This document shows positions 26,501-38,392 of a DNA stretch of 64,000 nucleotides, piece after piece (positions within the stretch are counted from its first letter, which is position 1; each line of letters starts with the position of its first letter). The notes beneath the pieces are model-generated. The model worked only from the letters and a program-made list of their open reading frames with translations, ran no database searches and was not told the DNA's origin. Where the stretch lies: assembly GCF_020745735.1 (NCBI RefSeq), contig NC_083443.1, forward strand, positions 21,255,006-21,319,005. The letters are read 5' to 3'. The position numbers were made by a program, and so were the translations under genes. Source of the DNA: Hemiscyllium ocellatum (taxonomy: Eukaryota).

Positions 26501-27446
26501 AATGGGCAAGATTGTAACAGCTAGTGTCATCTCTTGCCATGTCACAGGAAACATTGGGCCAGTGTTAGATTTTTCAAACTGATGCATTTTTGAAGGATGC
26601 TGTTACGATTTCTTTCATTTTTATTGTGTTTTAAGACAGCTCCTTCCTGTCTATTGCCTTCCCCTGCAAACATTTGTTAGCTAAAGAATTGTTTTTTCTC
26701 TGACCAGCTCCAAAGATTGTCCAAGGACAACTTTATATCGAGCCACAATGCATAAGACATTTAGGGTGAATTGTTTGCTGACTTGTCTTCCTTTCCAGTG
26801 CTTTAAGGGGAAACTGCAGAACTGCCTTGTGCAGAGTTGATGCAATTTTGGTCAGAAAGAAATACACTTGTAATTCTGAGTTACAGGTTGAAGCAATGTC
26901 AAAATAGATTTGGAAACTAATTTTTTCCCCCTCCATTATAGAATTAGCAATAAACATTGAGTTTCTCAAATCAGGTGACGAAGATACAGGAAAATAATTA
27001 TGTGCAAAGTTATGGCGAGGATTTATTTGGATGGTGGGAGTTTCCTGGCCCACCAACCAAGGAGGCAGTGAAGAAAGCAAAGCTGCTCAAGAATTGTTCA
27101 TTTGCTTCCTCAGGAGGAAGTCCCACCTCAGAGTTGTCAGCCAATTTGATGAGCTGGTAGCTCTCGTCTCAGCACCATCAGGAATTACATTAAATTCCTG
27201 TGAATTAATTTTTAGTGACTTGCTTAACCAATAGACTTGATTATGCTAATGCATGGCCTATCATCGTCCACCCTTCATAAACTTGAACTTATCTAAAATT
27301 AAGCTGTCTTTTTCTTAAACTGTACCGTCTTCCATTCACCCGTATGACTTTCTTATGGTGGTACCTTTTACGTATACAGCTCTATTTCAAAATATTCATC
27401 CCACTATTATATATATTGCAAATTAGCTGGTATTAAATTTATAAGT

Positions 27447-28240
27447 CATAGTCATAGTCACTCAGCATAGAAACGAAGTATTTGGTCCAACCAGTCCAAA
27501 CTGACCACATTCTCAAGCTAAACTATTCCCACTTGCTTGCATTTGGCCATATCCTTCCAAACCTTTCCTATTCATGTGCTTATCCAAATGTCTTTTAATC
27601 ATTGTAACTGTACCTGCATCCACCAATTCATCTGGCAGTTCATTCTACTTATGAGCCTTTCTCTATGAAAGTGTTGCCCCCCTCATTTCCTTTTTAAATC
27701 TTTCTCCTCTCACTTTTAACAAAAAATGTCTCTCTAGTCTTGAATTCGCACACCCTAAGGAAAGACCCTTGTTATTCACCTTAGCTACACCCCTCATGAT
27801 TTTATAAACCTCTATACGGTCGTGCCTCAACCTCCAATTCTCTACTGAAAAAGTCCCAGCATGTCTTTATACCTCAAATCGTCCATTCGTGGCAATATCC
27901 TGATAAATCTTTTCTGAACTCTCCCCAGTTTAATAATGTTTTCCCTGTAGAAGTGTGACCAGAACTCGACACCATACTGCAGAAGAGGCCACATCAACAT
28001 TCTGTACAACCTCAACATGATGTCCCAACTCTCTCTCACAAAAGCCTGAGCAATGAAGGCAATCCTGCTAAACATGTTCTTAACCACATGTCTACATGTG
28101 ATGCAAATTTCAAAGAATTACATACCTGAACCCCCAGGTCTCTTTGTTCTACAACACTATCCAGGGCCCTACCATTAATTGTATAAGTCCTGCCTTGTTT
28201 GTTTTACCAGAATGCAATGCATTCCTTCTAATCTGTCAGA
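27447..28240 (-). mobile_element. CR1-type LINE 3' fragment
   Basis: ORF 27842-28087: LRLYRMLMWPLLQYGVEFWSHFYRENIIKLGRVQKRFIRILP; GTCATAGTCATAG tail. Confidence 0.9.
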
Positions 28241-29239
28241 TTGACTTATGATCATAAGTATGCATTGTGATGGTGCTGGTAGAACTTCATTGCCAAAACA
28301 AGCTAACAGCCAGTGGGCAACACAACTTGCATAAAACTTAGATACCAACAATTGTGTTTTTTTAAAAATTAATTTTACCCTATTCTGTGGATCATTGTTT
28401 GATTTAAAGTTACTCATATATTTCTATGTAACCATTAAATGCTTAGTTTTGCCTTGGCTATGTTTATGCAAATACAGAATACAACATCCCCCCCCCTCCT
28501 AGATTCAAAGCATTGCATGATGAATTTACTGAATTCCAGATGCTGGTAAATAATTGCAGGTTTACTTACTGCAGTATAAAGCTGTTACAAAAATCTGGAC
28601 CTAAAATAATTTATTAAACAAGTAGCAGTTGTGTTTTATACAGTTTATAAAGCTCTTAATGTTTATCACAAGCTATGAAAATGCAGACCAGGCCAGCTGT
28701 TATATTATTTACCTGTATCTTGGAAGGTTAATGTTCTGAACTTTTCAATGTGACGAGCTATTTCTTGTGTCCCAGAAGAAGTTTCAGACAAGTCATTGAA
28801 GGTTGATTTGAAGCTTTTTGATAAATATCAGCTAACGCAGTGGTTCATCTACTGAGTGACTGAGTTTTACAGTTTAGGTGACTCCTAGGTTTTATCCCTG
28901 CACATTATAAACCAAGATGGAAGTAAGGTATTGCAGTTAACCCTAGTAGCCTTGGTTTAGGTAGCAAGATAATGGACATGTCTGATCTAACTTTCTTGCT
29001 GGTGTTAACTGGTACAAGTTGCCTACAGATAGTCAGTGCTAATGGATCTTGACCTCATAGTGGACTCAATGCCTTCAGGAAGGGAGGCAAGAGGGAAAGA
29101 TAAGGCCAGAAATAAACTCTATGCTTATAATAGTGTGTGCTTTATTTTTGTCATGAGGCAGGTAGGTCTTCTGTTTCAAATATTTCACTTGTGATAAAAT
29201 AAATGCATATACTTTATTAGATTTCTTGGCTAGGTGTAT

Positions 29240-30835
29240 CCTATCCATTTAAAAAAAAAGAAATGCAGTCCAACCTGTTGTCCCATCAGTCTACTTACAG
29301 TCATCAGCAAATTGGTGGAAAGAGTCATTGTACAAGGTACCTCTGATACTTTGGTAGTTTGTTCACTGTTACTCCGTTTCAGTTCTCCTCTGGACTTGGC
29401 TCCAGAATTCAGTAAAATGGACAAGGTGAGCTGAAAGTAACTGCCCTTAACATGAAGACAGCATTTATGGTTTAGCATCAAGATGCCTGAGTGAAATTGA
29501 AGCCAATATGAATCAAGTGAGAATTCTCTAATGGCTGAAGTTATGCCTAATAAAAAAGAAAATGCTTAGGTTGTTGGAAGTCAGTCATGTCAACTGCAGA
29601 ACATGGAAGCAGAAGTTGCTAAGTCAATGATCTGGCTCAATATATTTATCCGGTTAGTATATGAATCTTGATTTTAAGATAAGGTCAAATTAAGATGCTC
29701 ATTGATGATTGCAAAGTGGTCACTTCCATTCTCAACTCCTTAGAAGCATTGATTGGGCCACACTTGGACCACTGTGAGCAGATCTGGGCACCACACCTTA
29801 ATAAGGAAATATTGCCTTAGAAGAAGTTCAGCATAGGTTTACAAGAATAATATCTGGACTACAGGGGATAAATTATGAAGAGAGATTATACAAATTAGGT
29901 CTATTTTCTTTTGAATTTAGAAGGCTAAGGGGCGATCTGATCGAAGTCTTTATGGTCTTAACAAGTAAACACAGGATCAATGAAGATAAACTATTTATAT
30001 TGGTTGGGGAATTAGAATTAGGGCTGTAATCTTTAAAAATAGTGCCAGACTACTCAGGAGAGATGTTAAGGAAGCACTTCTACGTACAAAGCATGATGGA
30101 TATTTGGAACTATCTTCCATGAATGCCTGTGGATGGTGGATCAGTTGTTAATTTTAAGTCTGAGATCGATAAATTTTTGTTAAGCAAAGACATTAAGGGA
30201 TCTGATCCAGAGGAATTTGGGCACATATCAGCCATGATCTCATTGTATGATGGAAAAGATCTGAGGGTTTGAATGGCCTCTTCCAGTGCCTAAAGTTCTA
30301 TTTTGTGCCTGAATGCTGAAAGACTTGGATAATGTTGAGGTTGATGACTTGCTTGTAACATTTGTGCCACCACGTATAATTCCATGATCATCTCCAACAA
30401 GTGAATATCAAACACACTCCTCTTTAACATCCATCAGCACCGTCACCACTGAATCCTGGATATCACTTTTGATCAGAAACTTAACTAGACCAGCTGCATA
30501 AATACTGATGTGACAGAGCTTGTATGAGGCTGGATATTATGTGATATCTGTCTCACCTGCTGACTCTCAAGCCGTTCAACTATCTACAAGGCACAGATTA
30601 AGAGCGTATTAAAATATTGTTGATTCGCTTAAAACAGTCCAGCTCCAGCGACATTCATGATGTTGGACACCATCCAAGACACAGCAGCCTGTTTGATTGA
30701 CAGCCCATTCACCACCTTAAGTAGTCAGCCCCTTCATGGTGGTGTATTATAGCTGCATCTGCAAAATGCACAGCAGTAATTTGCTAAAGTTTGTTTACTG
30801 GCTCCCCACTACACAAGCTCCTCAATCACAGCATA
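29240..30835 (+). mobile_element. Old CR1/L2-group LINE fragment with a nested CR1 3' end (~29745-30303)
   Basis: PISLLTVISKLVERVI RT motif; nested GGGCCACACTTGGACCACTGTGAGCAGATCTGGGCACCACAC...GAATGGCCTCTTCC; probable host tail resumes at ~33835-33938. Confidence 0.75.
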
Positions 30836-33833
30836 CTAGTAAGGCCAGAAATAACAAGATAATACAGATGAATGCTTGGCTAAAGAGGTGGTTTAGGAAG
30901 AAGGGTTTCAGATATATGGATGTTTGGGATTTCTTCAAAGGTAGGTGGGACCTGTAGAAAGATGGGTTGCACCTACAATGGAGGCTGCACAAATATCCTT
31001 GCAGAGAAGATTGCTGGTGCACCTGAGAGGGTTTAAACTAGTGTGGCGGGGTGGGAAGTGGAGTAGTAAGTCAGAATGTCAATGTTGAGAAGATCAATGT
31101 TAACTCAAGACTAGTTGGAAGAACAGGTGGGGCCAGGTTAATAACACAACTGGACTGGCGGTCTGAAGTAAGTTTATTTTAATGCAAAGAGTTTAACTTG
31201 TCAGGCAGATGAGGTTCGAGTCTGGATTAGCACATGACTGTGATGTGGTAGCAGTTACAGAAACTTAGTTGAGTAAAGTGCAGGATTAGCAGCTCAACAT
31301 TCCAGGTTTTGGATGTTTCAGATGAGCTCGAGAGGGATGTAAAAAGGGTAGGGGAGTACCTTTACTGATTAACGAGAATGTCACAACTGTGCTGAGAGAG
31401 AATATTTTGGAGGGCTTATCCAGCAAAGTCATATGAGTGGAACTGAAGAATGGTGCAATCAATATGGTGGGGTTATACTATTGGTCTCCCAATAGCCAAC
31501 ATAAGATACAGAAACTGATATGAAGGCAGATCAAGGAAAGTTGTAAAACAAATGTTGTTGTACTTGGGCGATTTTAAATTCCCAACATTGATTAGGACTC
31601 CCTTAATGCCAAGGGCTTAGACAAGGCAGAATATGTTAGGTGCATCCAGAAAGAATATGTAGGTAGTAGATCTAGGGAAGGGGCTGTACTAGTCCTTGTA
31701 TTGGGGATTGAGTCTGGCCAGGTAATCGATTGTATCCGTGGGGGAACAGTGATCATAATTCTGTAACTATTAAAACAGTCATGGATAAGGATAAGACTGG
31801 TTTTAGGGTGAAAGTGTTAAACCAGAGGAAGACTAATTACAACAGTATTAGGCAGGAACTGGAGAAGTTACAATGAGCCAGCTGTTTGAAGGTAAATGTT
31901 TCTGTGAGGATGAAAGATAAGGATGACAAGATTTGGGAACCTTGGATGACGAGATATTGAAAGTTTAGTAAAAACAAAAGAGGAAACCTATGTAAAGTTT
32001 AGGAAAGTGAAATCAAGCAAGGCCTTTGGGAATGATAAAGGCAGCAAAAAAGAACTTAATCAAAAAATTCGGAGGGCTAGAAGGTGCCATGAAATGTCCT
32101 TGACAAGTAGGATTAAAGAGAGATCCAAGGCATTGTGTATATATATTAGGAGCAAGACAGTAGGTCCATTCAAGAAAAAAAGGAGAGAATTTGTATGGAG
32201 CCATATCAAGTGATTGAAGTCTTTAATGAGAACTTGGCAATGGTATTCACTTCAGAGAATGACATGGATGACGGTAAGATTTGGGAGGGGTATGTTGATA
32301 TTTCTGGAACATGTCAATATTGAGAAAGAGGTGGTATTAGGCATCTTGCACAATCTTAATGTAGATAAGTCCTCAGGGTTTGAAACAAGTAATAGAGGAA
32401 ATTGCTGGAGCTAGACAGCGATCTTTGTATCCTTTTTAGGCAGAATTCCAAGAAAATTGGTCAATAGCCAATGTTGTTCCTTTTGTTTGAAAAGGGCAAC
32501 AAAGCTAATCCAGGAAATTACCAGCTGGTGACCTATATCAGTAGTAGGGAAATTATTGGAGAAGATTCTTAGGGACAGGATTTACTCTCATTTGGAAAAG
32601 AATGGACTAATTAGCGAAAATAGCATGTCTTTATGCAGTGGAAATCTTGTCCCTTAAACTTGATTGAGTGTTTTGAGAAAGTGACTAAGATAATTGATGA
32701 GATATGGTGGTGGACTTTACTAAGACATTCAATAAGGTCCCTCATGGAAGACAGGCCTAGAAGATTAAGTCAAATGGGACTTGTAGTAAGTTGGCCAATT
32801 CGATACAAACTTAGCTTGGTCATAGGAGACAGAGCGTAGTTATGGAGGGATGTTTTTCTGACTAGAGGTCTGTGACCAGTAGTGTTCTGCAATGATCAGT
32901 GCTGGGACCTCAGTTATTTGTAATATATGGAAATGACTTAGATGAAAATGTAGGTGGTCTTGCAGTAGTTTGCAGATGACGGGAAAATTGATGGAATTGT
33001 GGATACTGAAGAAGGTTATCACAGGATACAGCTGGAAAGTTAAGTGGACAAATGGCAGATGGAGTTTAATGTAGACAAGTGTGAGGTGATACATTTTGGG
33101 AGGTCAGATGCAAGAGGAAATTATAACGGTAGGGTCCTAGGAGTATTGATAAAGAGAGTGACCCTGGACCCCAAGTCTGTAGTTCTCTGAATATGGTAAA
33201 AAAGGTATGACATGCTTGCCTTCATCAGTTGGGGCATTGACTATAGAAGTCGGCAAGTGTTTCAGCTGTATAAGGCTTAACTAGGCCACACTTGGAGTAT
33301 TGTGTGTAGTCTGGTCTCCACACTATAGGAAGGATGTAGAGACTTTGCAGATGGTGCTAAGAGGTTTACCAGGATGTTGCCTGGATTTGAGTTTATTAGC
33401 GTGAAAAAAATATTAGATTGTTTTCATTAGAGCATCAGAGGCTGAGGGGTGACCTGACAGAAGGATGTAAAATTATGAGAGGCATGGATAGAGTGAATAG
33501 TCGGAGACTTTTTCACAGGATGGAAATCTCAAATACTGGGGGAATAGGTTTAACATGACAGGTAAAGTTTAAGGGAGATGTGCAAGGCAAGTTTTATTTT
33601 AAACACAGTGGATGGTAGGTGCCTGGAGTGCACTGCCAGCAGAGGTGGTAAAAGCAGATGCTTTAGCAAAATTTAAGATGCTTTTTTACAGACACATGAA
33701 CAGGCAGAGAATAGAGGGATATGGACCATGTGCAGGCAGATGAGATTAGTTTAGAATGGCATCATGGTCAGCACAGGCATAATGGGCTGAGGGGCCTCTT
33801 CCTATGCCGTACTGTTCTATATTTTATGTTCTA
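30836..33833 (+). mobile_element. Long CR1 LINE: end of ORF1 (SGNH esterase-like) plus decayed ORF2 (APE and RT) and 3' tail
   Basis: ARNNKIIQMNAWLKRWFRKKGFRYMDVWDFFKGRWDL..DGLHL; VYFNAKSL; LGDFKFPNID; FADDGKIDG; PHLEYCV; TTCTATATTTTATGTTCTAAG tail; many stops and frameshifts. Confidence 0.92.
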
Positions 33834-35926
33834 AGAATGCAGCTTGTAATCACAACCAAAAGGGGAACAGAAATGGACAATAAATGCTCATCATGTTAGC
33901 AATGCCAACATCTCATGAAAGATTAATTTTTAAAAAAACTTGACTGGGTTCTGCGTTTAGGATCTGGAGATATCCAGGCCCTGCATTAGCATGCTCATCT
34001 GGTTTGCTTCACAGCAGCTCCTAAAATCTTTACAAAGTGCTGGCTGCCATTAAAACATGTTCGTATTAAGTAAAAGAAGTGTTGCACCCATTTTTTCAAT
34101 TTCAACAAACAATATTAACACATGTAGAAATATAATATGACTTGCATCTCATGGCAGCAAAGATAATTTATATTTGTGCTTATGAGGCGAGGGAGGCAGG
34201 AAGGAAAAACAGGGCTTGTGCTATGCATCTGCTGTGCTGCGTTCCAGTTCTAGGCTATTGTAGCACTTCTCATACATTTCTAGACATCCTGGCATAGCTC
34301 AGCTGCAATTTCAACAAAAGCAAAATATAGGATTGGGCTGGCTGAAGTTGATTAATAGTCCTGTGAGAGTGAAAGACTCCAGGGCCAAGCAGTAGGTCCA
34401 TCCTGGTGGCATCTGATGTTGATTGGCTTTGTCCGCTGCGGCTGCGCTGGAAGAGCGGACATTAAGATTAAGTGATGCTGTCGTGCTGAGGAGTGCTGCA
34501 CTGCATCATTTGGGGAAGAGACAGCTGCGGTGGTTAATCCTTCATCACCAAGGGAGTGCTGCCAGGAGAAAGATATACTGCCAAAGATAACCCACCATAA
34601 CTTCTGCTAAAGATCAGGAAACTTTGAATTCTCATCCATCTGCTGCATTCTGTGTTAAATATCAGAGATTGGGTAGACCAGGGAAAAATGCGTCCAGTGG
34701 GATATGCAGAATATGGGCCATATTGGGTATTGCTTCAAAATATATTTGAAGTTGTCAGGTAGATTGTTGTATATATTCTCTCAATTTAAAATGCTGCAAT
34801 AAAGAAAATTCATGTACTTTGGTGTTTCTGAGTAATTATTAGAGAACAAAGCATGATGTGGTGAGGTGACATGTATATTTATTGCAATTTTTAAGGTATA
34901 CAACAATAGCATGTATGTTCATGTGTTCATTTTATCTGCATATAATGAAAAAAAGCGTCATATTTAAAATATGTATTTAAATTCAAAAGCATATAGGGTA
35001 CAAATTAAAATGCTGTAACTTAATGTTACATTATAAATATCCTTGGAAGATCCTTTGTGCAAAATCATATTACAACACTTATTGGACCCATGTGGATATA
35101 AAAATATGGGTAATAATTGCATTTTCTGTATGATTTTGAAAGAGAAAATAACATTGTCAGATACCACTGAAGCTGAACGTATTTTTACTGTAACATGTAA
35201 AACAGTACAATCCTGAAGCTAATTTTAATGAATCTGACAAAAATAAAGCTTCTTTATTCGCTAGTCTATCCATAATGTGTGTATACTGAAAAGGATACTT
35301 TTAATATTTGAAAAATATATTTTGTATTGATTTCTGTTGATGAGCCAAAAAATGTAACGAAGGATTTGGGAGTGAGTTGACTAATGCAATTTAAAATTTG
35401 GGCCTTGGGCCTTCTCTCAAACCCATTTCATCAGTCATAGTCATCAACCTTAACCAGGCAACGTGAATCAAATAACTAATCAAATGTAAAAATGAATGCA
35501 AGTAAAAGTACAATTTTGTAAACAGAAAGATGTGAAAAGCTTGTTTGTTGTCGAGCATTACAAGTTATATTGTGAGTGTTTAGATTAGACTATGATGTTG
35601 ATCAGAAGAGAATTTTTTTTGATGTGTTTGTATTAGCAGCGTCAGCATATTTCAGAATGCTGGGCTTTGCATGTTTGCAGCTGGTGTGATGCAGCTGTCA
35701 AACTGTGATTGATGAGTATCATCATTTAAAGTGTAAAAGAAAACGTCTCTGCAAAGAGAGGCATGATGAACTGCCGTCTGCTGGTCCAACTAGACACGGT
35801 CATCATTTTCTCTTCGCTGTCCTTGCCAGAATCTAGAAATGTCATCATGAGCAGCTCTGCCCAGCCTCTAGCCCTCCAATATCACTTCAGTACTTGTCAG
35901 ATCATATGAAATGTCAAAATTCATGC

Positions 35927-36114
35927 NNNNNNNNNNNNNNNNNNNNNNNNNNNNNNNNNNNNNNNNNNNNNNNNNNNNNNNNNNNNNNNNNNNNNNNNNN
36001 NNNNNNNNNNNNNNNNNNNNNNNNNNNNNNNNNNNNNNNNNNNNNNNNNNNNNNNNNNNNNNNNNNNNNNNNNNNNNNNNNNNNNNNNNNNNNNNNNNNN
36101 NNNNNNNNNNNNNN
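35927..36114. other. Assembly gap
   Basis: Run of N. Confidence 1.
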
Positions 36115-38392
36115 TTTCCATGGAACAAATGCTAGAACATGCTAATGAGGGAGTGAGTTCGTTAAATTGATGGCGAAGAGTGACAGTTATTAATGATTGT
36201 TATGATAAACAGACGAGTGTGAATTGGGATGAGTTGGGGAAAGTGACAGTTTAAAAATAACGTATATTGGAAAGTACTAGCAAAGTAATATACTGTTAGG
36301 AAAACAATCATGCAAGTTGTCAAGGCAAGAAGTGTAATTATACAGCTGTATTGTTTCTTGTGAGGACAAGGACCTGGCTGATAATGGACAATTTTTTTTG
36401 GCAAGAGGCTAAGGAAATTTGTTGTGACAGAAAGGCGTATACGTTGATAAATTAATTGCTACTTTTTTGTTCTTAAAGGAGATTTGGATAGAGATTGTCA
36501 AACTGATTTGTTGGAATGACCCCAAAGGTACAATTCAGCATATATTGGACAATGTCTACAATGTAACTGTTGACTTGAGTGAATATCTTGTAAAATTTGG
36601 CTTAACATTTCACTAACATATCATGGCACAATTGTTTAAGCATTTGACTGATAGTGCTTGAATAAATTACGTAAGGGCAGACTGTATGCTGCAACATGCT
36701 GATTAAAGTCCTCCAGCCACTTTTGTTCCTGCATCTCCAGGCTAGCCTAGTTCTGGATGAAATTTGTTAGCTGTTTCTTAAATGTTAAAGTGGGTGACAG
36801 CTCCTCAATCTTTTTGAAGGCATTTATGCAGATTTAGTACTTGGTTGTCCATATCATATAGACTTTTCCCATGTGGAATTTCTTTTAGGAGAATAAGAAG
36901 TCTTCATTTACTCAGAAGAACAACTGCTGTTGTGTTTAAATTTGGTGTCTAAAAGGTCTGAGAAAAGGAAGCATTTTAGTAACAAAACTTATTGTTTGTT
37001 TGTTGCAGAAAATGAGTAAATTAGGTCAGCGTTTTTTCCTGGGTTGTTGACCATTAAAAAGGATTTTGAGGTAATCTAATATAAATTTCTTAGTTACTGG
37101 GAAAATATTAACAGTAACATTCAGAGCAGAAGATTTTTTGTTCTAAGGTACTGGAATCCATGTTGACCTTCCAATGAACTCTTGACCACATCTTATCACA
37201 TGAAGTAGATGAACAGGTCTGAGGGGAGCAGGTTTGTGTCAAATATGCTGTGTAGTGTAAGAATATTTAATACAGTGCAGTTTTTACACAATTTTGCACA
37301 TGTAGAATTCATACATCCAGATTTTTTACTGAAAAATATACTGTATGAACAGTAAAGTTATTTTCTTAATCCTGGTTTAGTGTACACACTGGTTTTGGGC
37401 AATATTGGTTAAAATAGATTGTAGGTCAGCATGTCTTGAATTGGAGATGTGTGAACAACAGTGACAAATGGAAATAGTAAACAAGAAAAATGTGTTCAGT
37501 TTAAATAAATTCAATCTCGACATAATGTCCCATTGTGAAGCCAGTTTGCAATCAAGTGTGCAGTCTTGTCACACCTTTAGTGTAGATAATTATCACAAGA
37601 AGTTATATTCACTTTTTCTAATTATCGGCCTTTCATTTGGCACTTATGTGCTGATGTGTTAATTTAAAAAATGTCCAGAATTAAAATTTAAGTAACTTGA
37701 CTTGCTATTTTTCTTAGTGGTTATGTACTCAGCAAATACATGACTGGCCTACATATAAAATGTCAAAACAAATTAAGTTGATCTAGCTATTGAGCAATAT
37801 AATTTGCTTGTTCCATAGTTAAGCTTAAAAACAAGATCTGGTAATTATCTACAGGCTGGTGTGATTTAATTGTTTGATATCTGAGTTGTGCCGTTGTTAC
37901 AGTGGAAATTCAATGCTAATTAAAATTGTACATATTTGAAATACAGATTTTTTTTCTTACAATTAAAAACATTGCTACTTTAAATTGACATATTTGAATT
38001 GAAACTGCTCATAGTATTGTGTTTCATAGAAAGCTTGCCTTTTCTATTTGTGACTACTTTTGTACAAAATATTTAAAACTGAGCCATCCATAATTTTTAA
38101 TTGAGTTTTGTTTGGCTCACAAATCAACTGGTGATGAAATACATCTAAAATAAAATGCAGTTTTGTCAGGGCACAGAAGAAATTTTAGTTGTAATCTGAG
38201 ACAATCAAATCACTCTCCTATTCCCCTAATCTACAAAAAGATGAGACTGGAATTTCTCGTCAAAATAATGACCAATCTGTTAGAATACACTTATTTATGC
38301 ACAGTTGCTGCAGCAATATCAAGCAAGGACAGATGCAAGAATAAATTGTCATTAGCTTCTGAAACACAGCAGCATGGGATGAGGCAGAGTAC

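Noticed and set aside
26957-27234. ORF after a possible acceptor (VTKIQENNYVQSYGEDLFGWWEF...)
   Set aside because: No donor, no recognisable protein; the sequence looks like an old dispersed repeat
35763-35806. ATGATGA...TCATCAT hairpin as a snoRNA or miRNA
   Set aside because: Too short and imperfect for a pre-miRNA; no correctly placed D box
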